Shown: positions 48,907-60,499 of the stretch, in pieces
How positions within the stretch are numbered: the first letter of the stretch is position 1
Layout: the number at the start of each line of letters is the position of its first letter
Notes under the pieces: generated by a model
The model's input: the letters and a program-made list of their open reading frames with translations, nothing else
Databases searched by the model: none
Told to the model about the DNA's origin: nothing
NCBI RefSeq assembly: GCF_004010195.1
Contig: NC_057719.1
Location: 59,065,703-59,129,702, forward strand
DNA: 64,000 nucleotides
Direction of reading: 5' to 3'
Origin: Chiloscyllium plagiosum
Taxonomy: Eukaryota
Position numbers and translations under genes: made by a program

Positions 48907-51900
48907 TGTGCAGTCAAGGCCAGCAAAAATGTTTTTGTATTTTAGCTTCAGTTTTCCTCACTCCTCAATGACCCCCTAGAGATAGCACATGTGCCACTTG
49001 CAATACTTCCTTTCTGTAACCCGCTAGAGATACGACTTGATGAATGTCTGCCCATTTCTCATCTGTCTGAATATGTGATGGTCTCCACTTCCACATTAGG
49101 ACATCATTTTTAAGATAATAACATTCAGGGATACATTCGAATCATTTTTTGTGTCTGCCTTTTGATACAATCACTCTAAATTTTCATTGTTCTGCTATAA
49201 CTCAGTTAATTTATCTGAGCTAAAGATGTTTGCTCCTAATTTTTTTCAACTATTTGATCAAACAGGATCTCTGCTAATTCCACTTCAATTTTCATATCTG
49301 TACTCTTTGAAATCTCCTGTTTCAACTGGTGACTTTGGGACCTTGTTACCACATAGTCAGGAAAAATCCTAGGTAAGTGTCCTGCAATTGTCTGACTGGC
49401 TTTTCAGCCACAGTAAGCAGCACTCCTACCTGTGAACCAACTATATCATTAGCAAGGACAAATTGTATTCCTGGAGCTGAGAGTTTGCCCAGTCCTCCTA
49501 TCATGACTTTTCCACTCTTCACTGGACACTGTAACTTCACTTTACATAATTGAATGCTTCTTGTCTCACCGTGAATGCCCATTACCAACACTTTTTCTGC
49601 AAAAGTCCTTCAGAAGTACATATCTCCTCATCAGTTGACTGATACCCAATTGAAGTACTGGCAGCTGAACTGAGTCTTCATAAAGTGGAATTGTACTTAA
49701 AATGGCAAATTCCCCTTACTCTGACATTCTCCCTCCCCCAACCCTGTAAAATAGACATTTTTCTAAAGTTGTTACTTTGAAGTATTTATGCAATGACCCC
49801 TACCACTGATCACTATGTTACTGTAAAAACTACTAAGAGCTTGTAGGATTCAACCACCAATACTCATTTCTGTGTTGAGTCGAAGGACATTTTTAATAAG
49901 CAATAGTAGAGGATAAACAATTATTGAGTCTTAATAACAAGAAGCACTTGATAAGGATTAGTTTATTGTGTGATAGCAACAGATACAATTGATAAGTCAA
50001 GCACAATTACAAAGAAGATCAGGAGATGGAAATGGCCCTTCTGACTCCACTGGGGTTCATGCTAAACTGTCTATTCTCAGATCATCATCGACAGCATCAG
50101 ATTGAGAAGAACCAAGTACAATGTCCAGCATTAATACTTTCAAAATATTACCTTACAGAACTCTTTAGACAAGGTGATTTCTCAGATTTCACCTCTGGTT
50201 GTTAGCAACAAAAATGACAGAAACATAATGGTCATTGTAATTGGGACAGCATGCTTGGAGAAAATCAAAGAATCTGATTTTAACAATTGTTAAACAATCC
50301 CTGACTAATGCTCTACATCTGTACATTGTGGTTCAATGCTATACAGAATTTGATTTTTAAAACTTTTTCTCCCATCAGCACCAGCTGGGAATATAAACAG
50401 ACTAGAATATATAATATTTCATAAATCCTAACCAGATGATTTTTTTCAGGGCAGCTTATGTGTAGAGTTGTTATCGATTGGTTTCTTTTTCGAATTACAT
50501 ACTAGTCTTGTATCAAATTGAAAACGTTTCAATAAAAACAATTTTTCATGACAAATATTCTTTTTAAATCTTCACCTATATCCCTGAGGTGTTTCAAATT
50601 CTTACAGCAAATAGTTACTTCTGTTCATAAGTTCAGAATCATGAATCTGTCCTTTGTACTTAATTTAGAATCATATTTCTCTCAACTTCCTGAGATTGGG
50701 ATTACTAACGTTACTAAAAAAAATCATGATTTTGCCCTAGTTCTCCTCAAAGTTCCACTTCAACTGACAGATCGAGTGCCAATTGCATTGCAAATGCCCA
50801 GTCAATATATTTAAAAAGAAATTTCAGTTTGAGGCAGATGTCCTTGCAGAATCTGGCAGAAAAGAAGTGGGTAGTCACTACCTTCAATAAACAATTTGAA
50901 TCAGGGAGAGTAATAATATTGGGCCATCATTTATCATAACGTTTGGAAATGGTTTCGATCATGTAGTAGGGAGACTATGACAGAGTAATGGTTGAAGAGT
51001 AGAAACACTTGCAGAGGATTATTGCTCCAGATGTACTTATCAAAAGATAACCTGCATCAGTGCAGTCTGAATGTGCCTATTAGCCAAAAAAAGTCTGTTT
51101 TTCCCAACTTTTTCAAGCAGTTGATTTTCCTGCATTTGCTGCATGTCTGCATATCTTCCACCTGTGTCCTCAAGATATGGGATATTAACTGGCAGAAGTG
51201 GGCCCTCAGGTACTGGGGGGAGCCTTCAGATGCTTTAAAAATATTTTTTCTGCGATTTGGTCATTGCTGAGTAGGCCTGTTTTCTTGCCGATATTTACTT
51301 ACACTGGAGAAGTTTGTGGTGAGTTGTAATCTTAAACTACTGGGGACACCCACAATGTTGCTAGGAAGAGAGTTCCAGGACCTTGATTCAGTAACAATGA
51401 AGAAGCAGCATTATTGTTCTTAGTCAGGATGTGTGGGAGTTGGGGGGGAGCATACATATTGTGGAATTCTATGAATCTGCTATCCCAACCTTCTGGATGA
51501 TGGAGGTCTCAGACTTGGAAAGTGACACTTAGGCAAGATACTTATGACTCAACTCTGCTGTAGCATCCCAAGACTAATCTTTTTCCATGCACAACTAGCA
51601 CACTGTCAGTACCTCACCTAGAAAGTGAACTGAACCAATATTAATATAAGAATGACTATACTGAGCTACCACCTGAGGAAGTATATTTGTACAATATAAA
51701 CACACATTAAGAGGTTTTGTAATTGTCACATATAGCTCACAAGATTTGAATCCAATCTTTAAATTTAAGGATATTCAATATAAGAGGTTATTTTTCCCCA
51801 ACAATCAATTTTGATTTTACCTCAGTCAGTGAAAAAAAGACATTTACTCTTTTGAAAACCAGAGTACTTTTCTGTGTCAACATCCCATTTCTACTCGTGA

Positions 51901-54434
51901 TTAAGAACAGTTTACAGCAATCATTCATACTGAATATATAGCAGTGTGAGCACCATAAAATGGGAAGAAGGCAGGAGATTTGGGTTGAGAAACATATCAG
52001 CCATGATCAAATGATGAAACAGACTCAATGGGCCAAAAGGCCTAATTCCACTCCTATTTCTTATGTTGATCTTCCTATTATGGAGATGGTGACATAATGG
52101 TAGCTTCACTGACTAGCAATCCAGATGCCAAGGCTAATGCTCTAGGACAAGGGTTCCAATTCAGTTGCTAATTTGGAATCAAGAGCTAATCTCAGTAAAA
52201 GGTAATCAGTTGTCACAAAAATCTATTTCTGTGACTAATGCCCTTTAGGGAAGGATGTTACCTTCCCTACCTGTTGTGGGGCTATAGTTTATGATGACTA
52301 TTTCTATTTAGTGAGATTCAGAAATATATTTTGGCATTTGGAGACCAGATTCCATTATTTTACCACTTTATAATTAAGGCTCCTTTATGTCAAATTCTGT
52401 TACTGTTCGTCAGAATTATGGAAATGTTTACATATGTAACTATCTGTTCCCCATAACTATCACAACTGAATGGCCTCAGTCATTCTTCCAAAACCTCCAC
52501 ATGTGAACGTTTCTCAGATACATCGAAAACCTGATTAATTATTGTCTTTATTACGTATGGTGTCAAAGAATAGTTCAGCATCAGCCTCATTAAAAAAATG
52601 GTTTTAAAAATATACTTTTTATTATTATCAGGAATTTAGGAGCAATTAAAATTGCCTACAATAATTAGCCTCATTCTCTCTCGCACTTTAATTGTTTGAA
52701 GTGTGTAAGATTTTCATTTTCCTTTGTGATCTATATAAATTATACCAAGTAATTTATTGGCCTGGATCTTACAGAATTTTCCATAGTCTTGTGTTGTTCA
52801 GAGGCCAATTATCCTTTATTAGTTACAGGTCTCTGTCCTTTACTTTTCAATGTTATAATCAATTTACATTTGCTGTAGGAATAGCATGTGTAACTTTAAA
52901 TTTAAGCCTACTCTCGTTGAATTGAATGTACCCACTTCTTCCCCATCTAACCTTCAAGCTCCAGAGCTTTCCTTCTGACGGCAGAGAAACATTCAACAAT
53001 TTCAAACGTTCAATAATTGCTTTGGCTCAGGAAATAATTGAAAAAAGATACTTTGCAATAATGATGATGCATATTCTGAAATAATACATTCTGCAGTGAC
53101 ATTCAGACTTTGTAATTGAAGATTTTGATCTGGTGTTAAATAAAATAACAGCATCTATAAAGTATTGTTCAGAAAATAGTGCAGTACTTGATATATTGAT
53201 CTTCCTTAGAACCCACTGCAAATACTTTTCCAGAAAGCATGGTGACTAATATGTTAGAAAGTTTTATTTTGTGTAATGTCTCTTTGAAACCAAAGTGAGC
53301 TATGAGATTACTGAATGAGAATTTCCTGATGATGACATCATTATGTCTAAATCTAAATCCAAATCTAAATCTACCATTAGGTTCCAAGAAATGTCCATGC
53401 GACCTGATGTTGAAATGGCAATAACCAACTAAGAAGCAAAAGGGAAAACACTGGTTGGGTCAGTAAATGTTTTCTGTTTGTCAATTCAGAACACATTGAA
53501 AATTTGTGAAAAAAGCAGGGTTCTTCCCAAATGGAATAACTTTCTGTTCGTTCACCTGCAAATGGATCTTGGTGTTCAAGCAGGTTTCAGAGGATAGAGC
53601 ACAGACAAAAGAAAAAATCTTGTGCAACTCAGGAAAATGAGGCAGGTAGGGTGTTTAATTATACAGGAGGCCAAAAGTCAAATCCTTGATGATATGCTAT
53701 ATGTTATGAAGAACTATATGCTAAGTTTCAGATACATTATCAGTGATTTCAGCTGATGTTAGATCATATGGTATTGTGACCAAGAGAAGATGTTTCTAGT
53801 GGCATCCTGTTGAACTATGCCTCTGTACAATGTAAATAATGAATACCTGTTCACCAGATTGCTCCAGTATGGTGTCCAGTACTTGTCTATCTAAGGATCC
53901 CAGAAACTGCTCATGATATCAATGCAGGTGAAACTATGGAACTCAATTGGTAATGGACTGATGAGGCTCAAATTTGTCAAAAGCAAGCATCAGGAACCCA
54001 CTTTTAATATATTTGCATGTAAGGCATGCTCATGAGAAAACAACCTCAATGTAATTAGGGGTACCTTTCCAATTAAGTAATCAGCAGCTGAGAAATGTGT
54101 GCCTCAGAAACATGACATGCAGCAATCAAGGTAGTCTCTTTGTTCAGTTTAAATTGAGTAGATGCTTTTTCTTCTATGAGGAACTTTGCTCAACAACTGA
54201 AAAGCAGACATTGATAATTGAGGTAGGATGGCAGCAATCAAAGGGGAAAAGGGCATATCTGTCATAGGGAGACAGATGGCAGCTCTAAAACGTCTTGGGG
54301 GTGACAGACAGTGGAAGGGGTTAGTGTCAAAAGATTGTACGACAAGTATGATGGTGGGAGTTGTAGCAATTAAAGATCATAAACCCTGGATCATCTATGA
54401 ATTATAATAAATTTTAATTCCAATATGCTTTCAA

Positions 54435-54553
54435 AACAGAAGCAAAACAGAAACTGCTCGCAAAGCTTAGCAGGTCTGCCAGCAATGCTGGCAGCATCTG
54501 TGGAGAGAAATCAGAGTTAACGTTTCAGGTCAAGTGACCCTTCCTCAGAACTC
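54435..54553 (-). repeat. Penelope-type terminal repeat (family B)
   Basis: gcaaaacagaaactgct...cagcatctgtggagagaaatcagagttaacgtttcagg...; related copies at about 24160-24290, 37158 and 40566. Confidence 0.7.
54514..54553 (-). ncRNA. Minimal type I hammerhead ribozyme motif (family B)
   Basis: GAGUU-CUGAGGA-A-GGGUC-acuu-GACCU-GAAA-CGUU^AACUC: perfect 5-bp stem I, 5-bp stem II, both conserved boxes. Confidence 0.78.
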
Positions 54554-56626
54554 AAACTACTCAGAACTATCACTGTTCCTTCACTACAATTGATTCAAAA
54601 ACCTAACAACAGAGTGCACGTACCGACACAGATGGACTTCTATGATGTAAGAAGTCACCACTACCTTGTCAAAGACAGCAAAGGATAGGCAACAAGTGTT
54701 AGTGACATTCAAATCCCTTAAAAGAATAAACTAAACTATCTGCCTGCCTAGGTGGCAAGAACTTACATTGCACCAATTATTTTGTGCAGTCTCTCTTTGA
54801 AAGATACCCTCAATTTTAAAGAAGAAAGCTGCTCTTACCACATGATCACCATATAGAATTCTCTCCAAAGACATTATGAATGAATTAAGCCCATGAGGAG
54901 GAGTAAATGTCTGGTCAAATGAAACAAGAGAGGGCTCAGAGAAATTGGAGGCCAATTAGAACAAGTTGGAAATCCAAAAGGAAACTGGTACGTTGATATT
55001 TGATATCAAAAGAGAAAATCTTAAATAGAAAGATTAAATTTAAAGTTGAAACCAACATACCTATCAGGGAGAAAATCATATGCAAACATTTGGGATTCAA
55101 ATGGAGAGAAACAGAACAGAAAATCTCCTTCTTTGCCACATGGCTGTGCTAGAATTTTGTCATGATTTAATTGACTTAACCCATTAGAAATGTAGGAATT
55201 CAAGTTACATTAAGACAATAAGTACAATGTGTGTTTTGGGCATTGTGCTAAAACCTACACACAAGTCATTATGTGCTTTTTGTTTATATATTAGCTCAAT
55301 TAATAGCTTGGCCACTTATGAGAAAGGACAATACTCTTTAGAGTCCACAAGATGAATTTGAATGATTTATTGTCACTTGCATTTTACTGTGAATAACAGC
55401 AAAATATAGTGAACAGCTTCAAATGTTGCCACATTCTGGTACAATTTTTAATAGTTTAAGAATAAAAATAATAAAAAGACATAACTGAAAGAGAGTCTAT
55501 CTTCGTTCAGCCACTTCCACCATGAGTCCTGAGTCGGGTCACCAATGACACCTATGCCTTCACTCCTCCTCCACCTCCTTGCTGCTGCCTGTGTTGGACC
55601 CACCAGTGTAGGGGTTGCCAATCTTTGGCCACCATCCCTTTGCTAATGAGCCCACCTCTTCACCATCACTGATGCCATGCCAATTGCTAAACCCACGTTC
55701 ACTCCATAACCAGGAGGCCTCAGCTCTGAAGCCACCCCTACCTCGCCAATAACGGGGAATCTCTGGCTCCAAACCTATCACAACCAGGAGCTGCCGCTGC
55801 TGCCTCATCGATAACCAGGCGTCTCTGGCTCTGCTGACACCTCGATCGTGCCAAGAGACTCCACTCCTGGTATACCATGCTGCCATTACTGCCTCTCCAA
55901 TCATGGGAGTCCCTGCTCTGTGTCTTCTGAAACCAGAAGACCCTAGCTCTGCTGGCAGGCCAGGCCGCCGCTCATCAAGAGTCTTATGCCAGCAACCCTC
56001 CTCTGAGATGTAACTGCCATTGCCACTCCCATTGCTGCTGCCACCTCTGATGGCAGGAGGAGCTTTACCGCTGCTGCCACTGTCAGCCCCGGCCTTAGTT
56101 GGGAATATACTGATTATGTTGTTCACCACAGGCACAGGGATAAAAGTGCACACAGACTGAGCACTGAACACTGAAGGAGGCGAGAGGACTCACTTAGCGT
56201 GGAGCATCTGACTATTCCCTAATTGCACTGATCTCTCCCAGGGGGAACCACCTTTTACCAAAAGAGACCTTCTTTAAAATGTGTCCCAGGACCATATGGG
56301 CAACTGGCTCTGCAACATGAGCATGAAGATATACACAGCTTTCCAAGTTTTAGGCCTTGTCATTCAGTTCATTCAGCTCACATCTTCTTCTCCACAGTAA
56401 AGTAAATTGACCTCAACCTGACAAAGATTTAATTTTTCTCACGAGGATTCTGAGAATTCCTCTTTCTGGTTCGATCTTCTCTCTGTTTGTGACTGCTGTG
56501 GCAGGTTGGCTTTAGTCTGCAGCTTCATTACATGTGACTCTTCTGTGTTTTCCGGCCATATGATTTCTGTATCTTAAATCACTTGTTGTTGGTACTGCTT
56601 CCAGGTCAACTGTCACCAGATCAAAG

Positions 56627-57667
56627 CTGAAAATGTGTTGCTGGAAAAGCGCAACAGGTCAGGCAGCATCCAAGGAGCAGGAGAATCGACGTTTTGGGCA
56701 TGAGCCCTTCTTCAGGAATGAGGTAAGTGCGCCAAGCAGGCTAAGATAAAAGTTAGGGAGGAGGGACTTGGGGGAGGAGCATTGGAAATGCGATAGGTGG
56801 AAGGGTGAGGGTGATAAGGTGAGGGTGATAGGCCGAAGTGGAGGTGGGGGCGGAGAGGTCAGGAAGAAGATTGCAGGTTAGGAAGGTGGTGCTGAGNNNN
56901 NNNNNNNNNNNNNNNNNNNNNNNNNNNNNNNNNNNNNNNNNNNNNNNNNNNNNNNNNNNNNNNNNNNNNNNNNNNNNNNNNNNNNNNNNNNNNNNNNNNN
57001 NNNNNNNNNNNNNNNNNNNNNNNNNNNNNNNNNNNNNNNNNNNNNNNNNNNNNNNNNNNNNNNNNNNNNNNNNNNNNNNNNNNNNNNNNNNNNNNNNNNN
57101 NNNNNNNNNNNNNNNNNNNNNNNNNNNNNNNNNNNNNNNNNNNNNNNNNNNNNNNNNNNNNNNNNNNNNNNNNNNNNNNNNNNNNNNNNNNNNNNNNNNN
57201 NNNNNNNNNNNNNNNNNNNNNNNNNNNNNNNNNNNNNNNNNNNNNNNNNNNNNNNNNNNNNNNNNNNNNNNNNNNNNNNNNNNNNNNNNNNNNNNNNNNN
57301 NNNNNNNNNNNNNNNNNNNNNNNNNNNNNNNNNNNNNNNNNNNNNNNNNNNNNNNNNNNNNNNNNNNNNNNNNNNNNNNNNNNNNNNNNNNNNNNNNNNN
57401 NNNNNNNNNNNNNGGGAAATTGCGGTCCTTGAAGAAGGAGGCCATCTGGGTTGTACGGATTTGGAACTTTTGGAACTGGGAGCAGATGCGGCGGAGACGA
57501 AGGATTTGGGAATATGGGATGGCGTTTTTACAGGGGGAAGGGTGGGAGGAGGTGTAGTCTAGGTAGCTGTGGGAGTCGGTCGGTTTATAGTAAATGTCCG
57601 TGTTGATTCGGTTGCCCGAGATAGAAATGGAGAGGTCTAGGAAGGGGAGGGAGGAGTCTGAGACGGT
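56627..57667 (-). mobile_element. 5'-truncated Penelope-like element (family A); N-gap inside
   Basis: Minus strand 57414-57667 translates SLPFLDLSISI...TDIYYKPTDSHSYLDYTSSHP..CKNAIPYSQ.LRLRRICS (Penelope RT C-terminal region). 3' repeat is near-identical to 25460-25712. 12-bp TSD accagatcaaag (56615-56626 and 57668-57679). Confidence 0.92.
56897..57413. other. Assembly gap or masked run (N)
   Basis: N-run inside a Penelope element. Confidence 1.
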
Positions 57668-59732
57668 ACCAGATCAAAGACTAGTATTTATTATTGGGCA
57701 ATAAAATTATAATTGATTCTTATACCACTTTCACAAACTCTTAAAATTCCCCTTTGAATATTCTTAAAATCAGTTACAGATGGCAACAGACTTTTTCTTA
57801 AAAGAATCAGTTTTCCTAGCTCTACTGCTTTAGAAATAAACATCCTCACAATATATTAATTTCTGCTCTTTTTTAAAAGTTAATAAACAAATGTAATATA
57901 CAGGAACAATGTAGCTTGCTGTGTCTGATACCCCTCATCTCATGATATACATATTACTCTGTTATGTTAAATGTGCAGCCATTTTATCTACTGTGATGTC
58001 AATAGTAACAGTAAAATAAATGAATGAATAAGTGAGATCTATTGCATTCTTGGACTAACTGTTCAATAGATGCCATTTAAGATCTCTTCAAGATCCAATT
58101 TACAGACAAAATCATTTATTTATAAGTGTTGCTATCATTAAAGTAAATGGATCAATTTTACTCTAAGAATTCACAGGCAATGAATCCAACTCTTTAGAAT
58201 TGCACAGAATTTAGAGGTTGCTTAGACAGTGTTAAGGATTCATGGACTCATAATCCTAAGGAAAGTCAGCCTCCAGTACAGTTAAGGGTGAAACATTTCT
58301 TGACAAACAAATTGCTTAAAAATGTAATTATGTGGAAATGGTACTTTCAAATAAAGTATGCAATTTGAAAGTAGCTTCACTATATTCCTGTTTGCTAGAG
58401 AGGACAATGAACTTTTATATCACAGAATGGTTATAGGTCAGAAAGAGATCACTCAGTCTGTCATGTTAGCTGGCTTGTGACAAAACTAGCTCAATTAGTC
58501 TCACTCTTCAGTCCTTTCCTCATATTTCAAACTCTTCAGGTGCTTATTTAATTCCCTTTTCTAAGCCCCAGTCATCTTGCCTCTACTGCATTCTAGGTGC
58601 ATTCTAAATCATTACATGCAACAGCTTTTCCTCAGGTTGTCTCTTGTCTTTGCAAATTAACCTTAATTTGGTATTCGCTGGTCCTTCAGCCATTTCACCA
58701 ATGGGAAACTTTTGTCTATTTTCTTAAGTAGACCTCACATGATTTTGAATTAAATCACATTTAACCAAATTTCTCTCACCTGGCCCAGCCAGCAATGTCC
58801 AAATCCCACACCAGAAAATGATTAAATATTTTAAACCTTTTATTGTCTGGAAATTAACCACAGCTCTCCAATCCATTTACAGAACACTATCCTCTCATTT
58901 TTAGAACCATTCTTATGAATCTTTTCACATCCTTTCTCGTATGGCACCAATAACATGTTACAATAATCCATTTGAGGTAAAACAATAACTTTTTTAAACT
59001 TTTCAAAGCTCCTTTAGTTTCCACTTGTTAAATCTATATTATGTTTGCATCTGTTTTAGTAAATAAAAACCACCCTTGAATCTGTGGGACTGAAGTAAAT
59101 AAGCAAAGAGTTTTATTTAAGCAGAGATGCAACAGAAAAATCTTTTGAGTCTGAGAGCCTGACTCAACTCCACAGAATGTGCAGCTCACATTTATATCAC
59201 ATGTGACATAGTTTCACAATTTCAGGATTCATTAGTCACCTGGCACCATGTTTCTGGGACATTCTGTTCTGCGTGTCGCAAATGCATACAATTTAATATT
59301 ACCTTCTGTTATTGTCTCCCTACAGTATCCATTTGTGCAGTGTGGGCTAGCAACCTGTGGAGATTGTAATCTCTAAGCACAAGGACTTCAATGCTTAAAC
59401 TATATGTTTCTGCGTGCTAACAAGATCAGGATTCTCTTGGAGAGTATTGGTCAGTCACCCATATCAATTTGAGGATCATCAAACAGCAGTTGAAGGGTCA
59501 GAGTCAGATTTTTAATCAAGGAAACAAAGGTGATTCTGTTTGTCAGAGCTGGTAGAAGTGGAACATTGTTATGTTAGATCTGTTGGATAGCCAAAAGTTC
59601 AGAATTGGCACATGAGGATCCAGGCAGCAGAGATGCTAATGTTAACGATCTCCAGGCAATGAGAGTTTAGGAGAAGTCCTCAGAAACTAAGAAGGTGACT
59701 AGATCTGTATTTTCAGGCTCAGAAGAAGCCCT

Positions 59733-59863
59733 AGGAGAAAGTGAGGACTGCAGATGCTGGAGATCAAAGTCGAGAGTGGGGTGCTGGAAAAGCACAGCAG
59801 GTCAGGCAGCATTCGAGGAGCAGGAGAATTGACATTTTGGGCATAAGCCCTTCATCAAGAACC
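59733..59863 (-). mobile_element. Solo Penelope terminal repeat with decayed hammerhead
   Basis: 15-bp TSD ctcagaagaagccct (59718-59732 and 59864-59878). Core reads ttgatgaagggcttatgcccaaaatgtc, mutated in both boxes. Confidence 0.85.
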
Positions 59864-60499
59864 CTCAGAAGAAGCCCTCACAACTTTTTCCAGTTCACAG
59901 CAACTGAGAGTGCTCAAGCACAAGCGATGTTTCCTTCGTGGAGCTGAGAACTATTGCACCTTGGAGACACCCAGGTCAGGGTCAGCTTGGAGAAACCAGC
60001 TTGAATTGTATCCATGAGTAAGTGCTGCAGAATGCAATCTCAGGGGATGAGGTTGAATGACTAGGATATGAACAGTTTTTGAGGAAGTCAGTGACAGAAC
60101 AGCATTTGAGGAGTTGCAGAATTGGAACTTCAAGTTTGGAAGTGCAGTTGGCCAGAGTGAATTACTGTAAGTTTAATGGGTAAAGATATGCTTTATTTTT
60201 AAACTTAAGGAGCAATCTCTTTCTATAAAATCTATTTCTGCTTGCTTGCAATTGGTAACTTACTGAATTTTACAGCCGATAAATGTTAAGTTGCCTTTCA
60301 GCTTGTGTGGGCCAAATCAAGGTTTCTGTTGGGAGGGTTTGAGGTAAGCTAATTAAATAACTGGTCTGAACTAATTCTGTAACTGCTAGAGAGAAAGACA
60401 TACTTGACCTCATCCTTACCAGTCTTCTGGTTTCAGATGTATCTATCCATTACATGATCAGTAAGAGTGACCGTTGCACAGTCCTTGTGGAGAAGAAGT

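Larger units (their letters stand above)
45612..49630 (-). mobile_element. Gmr1-like Gypsy LTR retrotransposon, 5'-truncated and degenerate (PR-IN-RT-RH-PPT-3'LTR)
   Basis: Reading the minus strand: protease region (49346-49591), integrase H..GH.G.RKT...HF.WP (about 48920-49000), core and GP(H/Y) region (47950-48750), RT WSSPIVMVPKPDG..LCVD.RKVN (47428-47628), RNase H ASDLGVGAV..Q...PIGFFSRKL (46619-47065), purine tract (46268-46281), LTR. Confidence 0.88.

Noticed and set aside
42527..53372. Small tandem duplications and microsatellites (42527-42558, 44920-44955, 47698-47738, 53345-53372)
   Set aside because: Ordinary slippage products with no further structure.
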